Position numbers and translations under genes: made by a program | Shown here: positions 9,914 to 18,457 of the stretch, in pieces | How the letters are laid out: each line of letters opens with the position of its first letter | Numbering within the stretch: the first letter of the stretch is position 1 | Assembly (NCBI GenBank): GCA_965204535.1 | Contig: CBDBEV010000001.1 | Location: 320,001 to 384,000, forward strand | Direction: 5' to 3' | Source of the DNA: a bacterium | GTDB lineage: Bacteria; UBA8248 | Length of the DNA: 64,000 nt | Notes under the pieces: generated by a model | The model's database searches: none | Seen by the model: the letters and a program-made list of their open reading frames with translations, nothing else | What the model was told of the DNA's origin: nothing

Positions 9914-11754
9914 GCGGCGAGGAGGACAGGAGGCGAGCGCCCGGGAGCGGCGACCGGTCGTCGTCCGCCGGTCTCATCTACAAGAATGTCCTGGACAACG
10001 TGGCGAGCGGGGTCATATCGCTCGGCGCCGACGGAGTCATCACGAGTTTCAACGCGGCGGCCGCTGAGATCTGCAACATGACGGGCGAGGCGGTGATCGG
10101 CCGCAAGTTCTTCGAGGTCTTCTCCCAGGAAGAAGGCCTGGACGAATTCACCGACGTGATCTTCGACGCCGTCTACGACTCGTCCATGGTCCATCAGCGC
10201 CTGGTGGAGGCGACCCTCGGCGGCAGGACACGCTCCCTGTCCATGGCGACGACGTATCTGAAGCAGGAGCGCGACGGCGAGACCGCCAGGATTGGCGTGG
10301 TCGTGTTGTTCAGCGACATCACCGAGATCAGGGAGTTGCGGGAAACCGAACTTCGTCTGGCCAGGGAGATGGAGGCGAAGCACGCCGAACTCCGGGAAGC
10401 ATATCTGAAACTGGAGGAAACGAGCCGGAAACTGGGCGCGGCCTCGAAGAATATCCGTGTCGTCAGGGCGGGCGCGGTGCTGGCGTTGGTGATGCTGTTC
10501 GCCGCGGTCGGCCTGTACTTCTGGGACGCCGGCATGGACGCCGGCCCGCCGGCCGGAAGCGGAGCCGCCGTCCCGGCTCCGCCCGCCCCGGAAGATCTCC
10601 GGCTTCTGGTGGTCGAGCCGCGGCGCATTTCCTCGACCGTCACCATTCTCGGGCGGCTCGCGCCGAGACGGGAGGTCGAGGTCGTCAGCCCGATGCAGGG
10701 CAAGGTGGGTGCGGTGCACGTCCGGCCGGGCCAACGAGTGGCCAAGGGCCAGCGACTGCTGGACATGGACGTTGCCGAGGTTCGGATCAGCCATCGCGAG
10801 GCGCAGGTCGCCCATATCAAGGCGCGCGACCGGGTCGAGGAGCTGAAGGACTGGTCCAATCACGCCGAAGTATCACGCGCCCGGAGGGCCGTGAGCAAGA
10901 GGAGGATCGCGCTGGAGTCTCTGAAGAGCCGGCTCTCGGAAACCGCCTTCCTGCTGAAGCGGGGCATCATCCCGGCGTCGGAGCACGAGGCGGCCGAGCG
11001 GGAGCACCGCAACCAGTTGCTGGACCTCCAGGCGGCGGAGATGGACCTCGAGGCGGTCCTGGCAAGGGGCGCCGCCGAACTCGACGTGGCGCGGCTGGAA
11101 CTGGACAACGCGCGCGCCCGGCTGAAGCGCCTGGAGGAAATCCTGGGCAAGGCGAGGGTGACCGCACCGGCGACCGGGGTAATCCTGCATTCGAAGGGAG
11201 GAAAAGCCGGGGATGGGGGCGAGGAGAACGACAAGCTGGCGAGAGGCGCGTTCGTCGAGCGGGGAGACCTGGTGCTGACGATCGGCGACCTCGAGGGCCT
11301 GACGGTCATCGGCCATGTGGACGAGGTGGACGTAACGCGCATCCGCCCGGGCCAACCGGCCAGGGTCGTGGGCGACGCCTTTCCCGGCGTCGTGCTGCGC
11401 GGCGAGGTCAACCGCGTTTCTTCGCAAGCCATCCTCCCCGCCGCCGGCCGCAGGGGACTGCCGACTTTCGAGGTCGCCGCCGTCGTGGAGTCCCTGACGG
11501 AGGAGGTGCGCCGGCTGCTGCGCCTGGGCATGTCCGCCAGGGCCGAGGTGGTCGTCTACGAAAAGGAGAACGCATTGCTGATTCCCGTCGGGGCGGTGGA
11601 GTTGCAGGACGGCCGGCCCTGGCTGTGGGTCAGGGACCGCGGCTCCGGCGAGGCCAGGGCGGTCGAGGTGGTCACCGGCATGACCACCGTGGACTCGGTC
11701 GAGATCATCGACGGGATATCTCCCGGCGATGAAATCCTGATCGGAGGTCGATAA
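9910..11754 (+). CDS. MacA-like membrane fusion protein with an N-terminal PAS domain
   Basis: GTG overlaps the tolC TGA. PAS (VLDNVASGVISLGADGVITSFNAAA...VLFSDITEIR), coiled coil, TM helix, lipoyl halves (VVSPMQGKV...VRPGQRVAKGQRL; VTAPATGVI), VDEVDVTRIRPGQ. Confidence 0.88.
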   Translation: MSGEEDRRRAPGSGDRSSSAGLIYKNVLDNVASGVISLGADGVITSFNAAAAEICNMTGEAVIGRKFFEVFSQEEGLDEFTDVIFDAVYDSSMVHQRLVEATLGGRTRSLSMATTYLKQERDGETARIGVVVLFSDITEIRELRETELRLAREMEAKHAELREAYLKLEETSRKLGAASKNIRVVRAGAVLALVMLFAAVGLYFWDAGMDAGPPAGSGAAVPAPPAPEDLRLLVVEPRRISSTVTILGRLAPRREVEVVSPMQGKVGAVHVRPGQRVAKGQRLLDMDVAEVRISHREAQVAHIKARDRVEELKDWSNHAEVSRARRAVSKRRIALESLKSRLSETAFLLKRGIIPASEHEAAEREHRNQLLDLQAAEMDLEAVLARGAAELDVARLELDNARARLKRLEEILGKARVTAPATGVILHSKGGKAGDGGEENDKLARGAFVERGDLVLTIGDLEGLTVIGHVDEVDVTRIRPGQPARVVGDAFPGVVLRGEVNRVSSQAILPAAGRRGLPTFEVAAVVESLTEEVRRLLRLGMSARAEVVVYEKENALLIPVGAVELQDGRPWLWVRDRGSGEARAVEVVTGMTTVDSVEIIDGISPGDEILIGGR

Positions 11755-11757
11755 GCG

Positions 11758-12501
11758 ATGAACGAAGGAAACGGCGAAGCGCACCCGGAGATCATGCTGA
11801 GCCTGGTCGATATCCGCAAGAGCTATGCCACGGGGCCAATCGAGACGGAGATACTCCGGGAAATCAGGCTTGACGTGTACAAGGGCGATCTTTTGTCGAT
11901 CATGGGGCCGTCGGGCTGCGGCAAATCAACGCTGATGAACATCATCGGCCTTCTCGACCGGCCGACCTCCGGCTCCTACTTCCTCAAGGGGCGCGAGATC
12001 GGCGCGATGAGCGACGCCGAACTGTCCGCCCTGCGCAACGCCAGCATCGGCTTCGTTTTCCAGTCGTTCCATCTGCTTCCGCGCCTGACGGCCTGGGAGA
12101 ACGTCGCCGTTCCGCTGGTGTATCGGGGCGCAGGCGCGGCAATCATGCGGCGCCGGGCCCGCGAAATGCTCGAGAAGGTGGGCATGGGGGACCGCGCAGG
12201 CCATCGGCCCGCCGAGCTTTCCGGAGGCCAGCGGCAGCGCGTCGCCATCGCGCGGGCGCTGGTGGGCGAACCGGATATCCTGTTGGCCGACGAACCCACC
12301 GGCGCCCTGGACGCGGATACAGGCGGCGAGATCATGGGGCTGTTCGCCGGATTGAACGCCGATGAGGGGCTCACCGCCATTATCATCACCCATGACCGGG
12401 ATGTTGCCCGCCGGTGCGCGAGGCGCACCCGGATTCTCGACGGCGTACTGAGCGAAGCGGCGCTTCCGGCGGAGCGGGCCTCCGCCCCCGGCGCGCCGTG
12501 A
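11758..12501 (+). CDS. ABC transporter ATP-binding protein (MacB/LolD type)
   Basis: GPSGCGKS, LSGGQRQRVAIARAL, LLADEPTGALD. Confidence 0.95.
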   Translation: MNEGNGEAHPEIMLSLVDIRKSYATGPIETEILREIRLDVYKGDLLSIMGPSGCGKSTLMNIIGLLDRPTSGSYFLKGREIGAMSDAELSALRNASIGFVFQSFHLLPRLTAWENVAVPLVYRGAGAAIMRRRAREMLEKVGMGDRAGHRPAELSGGQRQRVAIARALVGEPDILLADEPTGALDADTGGEIMGLFAGLNADEGLTAIIITHDRDVARRCARRTRILDGVLSEAALPAERASAPGAP

Positions 12502-12504
12502 TCG

Positions 12505-13701
12505 GTGAGCTGGATGATTGTTCTCCTCAAGGCCAATCTGAAAGAAGCGGCGAGCAGCCTGGCCACCGCCCGCCAGCGCAGCCTGCTCGCACTGCTCGGC
12601 ATCGTGATCGGCGTCGGTTCGGTGATCGCGATGGTTTCGGTGGGGGTAATCGTCAGGGGCGAGGCTCTCAAGCAGTTCCAGGAACTGGGCACGGACATTC
12701 TGACCATCCGCCTCCGGCGCGGGAGCCCCGGGACAGGCCCTCTCCGCCTTGCCCCGCGCGACGCCCTCGGGGTTGCGGCGCTTCCCGCCATCGCAGCGGC
12801 GGCGCCCTACGCGCTCTCGTACGGACAGGCCTCCCTCGCCGGCAAGTCGGTGAAGGATGTAATGCTCATCGGCGCCACCGCCGCCCTCGCCGACCTCAAC
12901 AAGCTTCGGGTCGAGGCGGGCAGGTACATTTCCGATCTCGACCACCACCGGTATTTCTGCGTGGTCGGGGCGCAGGTCGCCTCGGACATGCGCGAAGCCG
13001 GCTTCAAACGCATCGTCGGCGAGACCATCAAGGTGGACGGCGCCGTTTATACCGTCGTGGGCATGCTGCGGCGAGCCTCGCGGGGTATGCGTCGCTTCGA
13101 TGCGAACCGCTCGATCATCATCCCCGTCTCGACGGCGCAGCGGGTGTTTCGCCAGCCCGAAATCAGCAACGTCACGGCGCGCATGAGTCCCGGAGCGCAC
13201 CATGTGGCGGCGACGAGGGAGGTCGAAGGATATTTCCGGCGCAAAGCGCCCGGTTTCGAGGTCCACGTGCGAAGCGCCGAGCAATTGATCGAGCAGATGC
13301 ACAAGCAGATGCGGCTGTTCGCGCTGCTGCTGGGATCTGTGGGGGGCATCTCGCTTCTCACCGGCGGGATAGGGGTCATGAACGTCATGCTCGTGTCGGT
13401 GAGCGAGCGGCGTCTGGAGATCGGCATCCGGCGCGCTCTCGGTGCGCGCCGCACGGACATCCAGAGCCAGTTCCTGATCGAATCGCTCATGCTGTCACTG
13501 GCCGGCGGCATGGTCGGTACCGCCGCGGGGATCGGGGCGACCTGGGCGATCTGCCAGTTCACGGGCTGGACGTTCCTGATCTCGGCGGCGGCCATGGGCC
13601 TCGGGGTGGGCGTGGCCGGCGCCGCCGGCGTGTTCTTCGGGTTCTATCCCGCATTGCAGGCGGCCAGGCTCGATCCTGTAGCGGCGTTGCGCGGGACATA
13701 G
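12505..13701 (+). CDS. MacB-type ABC permease (MacB periplasmic core + FtsX)
   Basis: RSLLALLGIVIGVGSV; GGIGVMNVMLVSVSERRLEIGIRRALGA; YPALQAARLDPVAALR. Confidence 0.95.
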   Translation: MSWMIVLLKANLKEAASSLATARQRSLLALLGIVIGVGSVIAMVSVGVIVRGEALKQFQELGTDILTIRLRRGSPGTGPLRLAPRDALGVAALPAIAAAAPYALSYGQASLAGKSVKDVMLIGATAALADLNKLRVEAGRYISDLDHHRYFCVVGAQVASDMREAGFKRIVGETIKVDGAVYTVVGMLRRASRGMRRFDANRSIIIPVSTAQRVFRQPEISNVTARMSPGAHHVAATREVEGYFRRKAPGFEVHVRSAEQLIEQMHKQMRLFALLLGSVGGISLLTGGIGVMNVMLVSVSERRLEIGIRRALGARRTDIQSQFLIESLMLSLAGGMVGTAAGIGATWAICQFTGWTFLISAAAMGLGVGVAGAAGVFFGFYPALQAARLDPVAALRGT

Positions 13702-13915
13702 CCGGACGGGACACCGGGCGACGGGCTTCGCCCTATCCGGCGGACGCGGTTGGCCACGTTCCGGGAAACTTCCCCGAGTGGCGCTTTGCGTTACGGCGGT
13801 GTTGCCGTCGCATAAATTTGTTGACCACCCAGGACCTGACGCCTGGTTTTTATAGCCGAAGGCCCATACTGCTCACGTACATTCAGTACAAGTCCCATGG
13901 AGAAGGGGAAATCAC

Positions 13916-14251
13916 ATGTCTTTTACCAACCCTGGCGTAAAAACCTTTTTGCTTTGCATTTGCGTTGTATCGTTCATCGTCGTTGCCTATGCGGTTCCCG
14001 TCTCTGCCGGGAGCGAAAAGCCCAAACCTTCCGTAGTCGACAGATGCCGCGAAAACTATTCCAAAAGTCCGGCATCGAAGGTTTGCGTCAGAGAAAAATT
14101 CGAGAAGGTGAACGAACGGTGTCGGGTGACTGCCCATTGTCCGACTCGCCTGGGCGATTGGTGGCCGTTCAATACGCGGATAGTGGTAGTTCCGGAAGAT
14201 GCTTCCAACCTGCGCAATTGCAACACCAAGCTCAAGGCGACGGCTTGCTGA
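13916..14251 (+). CDS. Small secreted Cys-rich protein, paralog 4
   Basis: Signal then GSEKP as in paralog 2; 6 mature Cys; LRNCNTKLKATAC; upstream GAAGGGGAAATCACATG like paralogs 1 and 2. Confidence 0.85.
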   Translation: MSFTNPGVKTFLLCICVVSFIVVAYAVPVSAGSEKPKPSVVDRCRENYSKSPASKVCVREKFEKVNERCRVTAHCPTRLGDWWPFNTRIVVVPEDASNLRNCNTKLKATAC

Positions 14252-14320
14252 TGCCAGGTTATGGTGAAAGCAAAATGCTCCAGATGAAACTGCACCCTAT
14301 CGTAACGCGCGGAACGGGGG

Positions 14321-15925
14321 TTGGGGAGCGGCGCGGCCGGGGCCCTCACTCTTGTCCATCTCGCCGACAGGGTGGCAGGGGCGGACGTGCCGATTCGCTT
14401 TGACGAGCCGGCGCGTGGTTCACGTGCGCTCGCCGCCGCCCTCGGCGCCCTGGCTGCGGCGGCGTTGCCGCCGGTCCATGCCGTGCCGTTGCTGCTTGTC
14501 TCCTTCACCGGCCTCGTCCGGCTGATCCACACGAGCCCCTCGCCGTGGCGCGCCGCAGCCGTGGCCTGGTGGTTCGGCCTCGCCCATTTCATCGCGGGCC
14601 TCTACTGGATCGGCCCGGCCCTGCTCACCGGCCCCGCGCGCTTCGGCTGGCTGTCCGCACCCGCGGCGATCGGCCTCGCGGTGGTCCTCGCCGTATATCC
14701 GGCGCTCGCCGCTTTCACGGCGCGGTTGCTTCCGCTGGCCATCGCCGGCCGCGTGCTCGCTTTCGCCATCGCCTGGACGGCTGCGGAGTGGCTGCGCGGC
14801 AACGTCCTGACGGGCTTCCCGATGAACCTCATGGGCACGGTCTGGGCGCCCTCGATCGCCATGCTCCAGTTCACCGCGCTTGCCGGGGCCTATGGCTTGG
14901 GGTTCGTGACCGTTCTCGCCGCAGCCGCCCCCGCGGCGCTGTCCCTCCCTCCCCGGAGCGGACGTTCCTGGGCGCTGCCTGCGGCGGCGTTCGGACTGCT
15001 GGCTGCGGTCTGGGCGGGCGGAGAGCTCCGCCTCGCGCTCGCCCCCGATTCGCCGCCCACCGGCACAAGCCTGCGCCTCGTATCGGTCAATATCGATCAG
15101 AGGATCAAATGGCGGGACGACATGCGCATGGCGGCGCTGACGCGCTACGTCGAACTCTCGCGCCGGCCGGGGTTCGAGGCAACCGACCTGGTGATCTGGC
15201 CGGAGACGACGGTGACCTTCTACCTGGCCGAGCGAGCGCCGCTTCGCGCCCGCCTCTCCCGTGCCGCACCGCCGGGCGGCCACCTCGTGACCGGGTCGCT
15301 GCGGCGCATCCGCTCAAAGGAGCTCCCTACCGTCTTCTGGAACAGCCTCCACGCACTGACGCCTGCGGGCGACATCGCTGCGACGTATGACAAGCACCAT
15401 CTGGTGCCTTTCGCGGAGTACAACCCGCTGAGCGCGATCCTCCCCCTGCCAATCCTCGTCGGCGGGGCGAACGACTACTCCGCCGGGCCGGGGCCGCGCA
15501 CCCTGCGCCTGCCCGGCCTGCCGCCCTTCAGCCCGCTGATCTGCTACGAGGCGATCTTCCCCGGCGCGGCGGTGGCCGCCGGTGGGCCGGCGCAGGAGCG
15601 GCCGAGATGGCTGCTCAACATCACCAACGATGCCTGGTTCAGGCGCACGTCCGGGATCTGGCAGCACTTCGAGGCGGTCCGCCTGCGGGCGGTCGAGGAG
15701 GGCTTGCCGATGGTGCGTGTGGCGAACGCCGGCATCTCCGCCGTCGTCGACGCCTACGGCCGCGTGAGGGGCCGGCTCGGGCCGGACGAGGCCGGCGTGT
15801 TCGACTCCCCCTTGCCGCCGGCGCTCGCAGCGCCGCCGCCGCAGGCCAGGCTCGGCGGCTGGTCTCTCGTAATCCTTCTGCTTCTCGCCACGGCGGCCCT
15901 GCCCGCGCTCGGCCCGCAGCGATGA
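14321..15925 (+). CDS. lnt: Apolipoprotein N-acyltransferase (start may be GTG 14387)
   Basis: TM N-half with AEWLRG..LTGFP; nitrilase triad IWPET, YDKHHLVPF, ICYEAIF; NITNDAWF. Confidence 0.93.
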   Translation: MGSGAAGALTLVHLADRVAGADVPIRFDEPARGSRALAAALGALAAAALPPVHAVPLLLVSFTGLVRLIHTSPSPWRAAAVAWWFGLAHFIAGLYWIGPALLTGPARFGWLSAPAAIGLAVVLAVYPALAAFTARLLPLAIAGRVLAFAIAWTAAEWLRGNVLTGFPMNLMGTVWAPSIAMLQFTALAGAYGLGFVTVLAAAAPAALSLPPRSGRSWALPAAAFGLLAAVWAGGELRLALAPDSPPTGTSLRLVSVNIDQRIKWRDDMRMAALTRYVELSRRPGFEATDLVIWPETTVTFYLAERAPLRARLSRAAPPGGHLVTGSLRRIRSKELPTVFWNSLHALTPAGDIAATYDKHHLVPFAEYNPLSAILPLPILVGGANDYSAGPGPRTLRLPGLPPFSPLICYEAIFPGAAVAAGGPAQERPRWLLNITNDAWFRRTSGIWQHFEAVRLRAVEEGLPMVRVANAGISAVVDAYGRVRGRLGPDEAGVFDSPLPPALAAPPPQARLGGWSLVILLLLATAALPALGPQR

Positions 15926-16264
15926 CCGCCGCCCTGGGCGTGCAATACGACCTGGCCGGGTTCCGCCCCGCTCCTTCCCGGCGCCGGCGGACCGGCTTCA
16001 AGGAAGCCGGACGCTGAATGGATGCCCGGATTTGCCTGTCCGTCTGGCCTGAGAGTTTCATCGGGAGATGAAGGGTGGCATTGCCGGCCATGACGGCTGC
16101 CGCCCCGGTCAATAGAAAAAATCGTCTGTATGCGCAGGCGGATTGCGGAGCTTGAGCCCTCCGGCGAACCGGAATATCATCGCCATGCTCACCCGGGCGC
16201 AGACATGCAATGCCGTGCTCGCGATCGAGTCGTCGCGTTGCGATAGTGTCGACAACCACTCTTC

Positions 16265-16326
16265 ATTGAATTCTTGAATAGAATAAATATACTCCGTAGT
16301 TTATATGGTTATTGAATTCTTGAATA
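16265..16326 (+). promoter_or_regulatory. Two exact 16-bp direct repeats ATTGAATTCTTGAATA upstream of mipA
   Basis: Copies at 16265-16280 and 16311-16326 in an AT-rich intergenic region. Confidence 0.5.
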
Positions 16327-16395
16327 CATATTATCGAAACAACCGGCGCCCATGTTTATCGGCGCCGGATACCTGTAGCTTTTTGGAGTCGAAAC

Positions 16396-17220
16396 TTGAG
16401 AAGAAATGACACGGCGAAGAAATTTTCGCCAATCCTGTGCCTGATCTTCTTGTTCGCCTGGTTTATTTGCGCCGAAACCGGAGAAGGAAGCGATTGGGAT
16501 ATCCGCATCGGTCTGGGCGCAATATACGATGCGAAGTATGAAGGTTCCGATGAGATGAAAGCGCGGGCTCTTCCCCTGATAGATGTTACCTGGAAAGACC
16601 TGGTTTTTCTCAACTCGCGCGAGGGTTTGGGCGTGCGCGTTTTCGACGACCACAACCTCACGGTCAGCGTCGGGGTGGGGTATGTGTTCGGCAGGGATGA
16701 ATCGGACAGCAACGACCTGAGAGGCATGGGTGATATCGATGACGCCGCTGCCGCCAACCTCAAAATAAAATATGTCATCGGACCGGTTGCGCCCTACATC
16801 GGCGCTTCCAGACATTTGGGAGATGTCGACGGGACTTTGGTGGAGGCAGGCGTCGGGGGCATCGTGCCGCTGGCTCTGATAACCGGAGGGATGGATTCGC
16901 CGGGCATGGGTGCCGGCGGGCTGAAAGGACCGGCGCTGCAACTCGGCGTATCCGCAACCTGGGCGGACGGCGACTATATGGAAGGCTACTTTGGCGTGAA
17001 TCCGGTTCAGTCTTCGCGTTCGGGTTATGCCCGATATCACCCCGAGTCCGGATTCAAATCGGTGGACTTCAGGTTCGGCGTCATCTATCTGTTTGCGGAA
17101 AACTGGGCGGTGAACGCCCGGGGCGGGTACTCACGATTGCTCGGCGATGCCGCCGACAGTCCAATCGTCAAAGACGATGACCGGTTTTCCGGCGGTTTGT
17201 TTCTGTCTTACCGTTTCTGA
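16396..17220 (+). CDS. MipA/OmpV-family outer membrane protein
   Basis: Signal; YEGSD; YMEGYFGVNPVQSSRSG; RLLGDAADSPIV; C-terminal YRF. Confidence 0.9.
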   Translation: MRRNDTAKKFSPILCLIFLFAWFICAETGEGSDWDIRIGLGAIYDAKYEGSDEMKARALPLIDVTWKDLVFLNSREGLGVRVFDDHNLTVSVGVGYVFGRDESDSNDLRGMGDIDDAAAANLKIKYVIGPVAPYIGASRHLGDVDGTLVEAGVGGIVPLALITGGMDSPGMGAGGLKGPALQLGVSATWADGDYMEGYFGVNPVQSSRSGYARYHPESGFKSVDFRFGVIYLFAENWAVNARGGYSRLLGDAADSPIVKDDDRFSGGLFLSYRF

Positions 17221-17369
17221 CGCTTCGGGGATTTTTCCTGCAGAACCTTCATTTCATCGCGCCGGGCGCTCGTCCTTTCCTTATGTTCGCGCGCCTCCAT
17301 ACGTTATCGAGTCGCGGACGGATTACCCCCGTTTCGGCCTCCGTTCAAGTTTTTGCCGTGGCGCCGCTA

Positions 17370-18240
17370 CCCGCAGGGACAGGTCGCGGCCTGTCCCTGC
17401 AGGTGCGATTCGGCTTTGTTCGTCATTCCGGCGGCGGTCAATGTCAACCGGGAAGAGGTATCCGTAGGGACAGGCCCCCGTGCCTGTCCTGATGCGGGGC
17501 GGCCACGGGCGCAGACATCTTCGATACGGGCGGCCACGGGGTCAGACATATATGTCTGACCCCTACGGGAGCCTTGTCGTTCGGGAATCACTCCCCCCTT
17601 GAGGGGGCCGTTGAAAAAGCCCGTTTTCTCAGGAGATAAAGGCAACCCCCCCTACCCCCCCTTGTCAGGGGGGTCTTTTTATTGTTCCCCCCTGTCGGGG
17701 GGAGGCCTTCTTTTTTTATACCCTCCTACTTGCCGGGGCATTGCTTTTTTATACCCCCCTGACAAGGGGGGGTAGGGGGGGTTACTCCCTCCACCGAGGA
17801 GAATTTGATATTCACTCCCCCCTTGAGGGGGCTGTTGAAGAACCCTCCAGTGTCAGGATTGCCGTCATTCCGGCTACCGACCCTGTAGGGACAGGCCCCT
17901 GTGCCTGTCCAAGGCCCCCATGCTTGTCCCTGCGAAGCACAGCCACGGAGATGGACATATCCGATACGGGCGGCCACGGGGGGTCAGGGCGGCCTCTGGG
18001 GACCGCCCTGCTACGGGTGAATGCGGTTTTGTTCGTCATTCCGGCAATCAATGCCGACCGAGGAGGGAGGGATTGCCGGAATGACGAAGGATAACCATGC
18101 ACGTCCGTAGTCCGCAGGGACAGGTCGCGACCTGTCCCTGCAGGATCGGCGGACAGGCGCCGGGGGCCACGGACAGGCACGGGGGCCTGTCCCTACGGCG
18201 AACAATCTCGAAGGTCGGATAGGGTTTTCCAACAACCCGC
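17370..18240. repeat. Mosaic repeat field (GTAGGG-REP-like palindromes, CGTCATTCCG elements, CCCCCCT/AGGGGGG palindromes, MITE-like TIRs)
   Basis: Examples: GTAGGGACAGGCCCCCGTGCCTGTCC, GGGGTCAGACATATATGTCTGACCCCTAC, CGTCATTCCGGCAATC...GATTGCCGGAATGACG. Confidence 0.85.
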
Positions 18241-18457
18241 CTCGTCGCTTCCCTTCATCGCCCGCGCCTCCCGGGAACGGCGGCAGGGAAAACGTGAAAA
18301 TACACGAAAAAAGCATGAAACCCCAAAAAAAGGATATAAAATTACGGTCGGCCATGATATAATTGATCGATCAAATAATAAATAGACGTTCCACCTGAAG
18401 GGGAGGCGGACGGCCCGTCGCGAAAAATCGCAATACCGGGAAGGGGGGATCAGGAAA

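Noticed and set aside
6900-14251. RiPP/bacteriocin cluster
   Set aside because: Precursors carry ordinary Sec signals, and no modification enzyme or C39 peptidase transporter is present.
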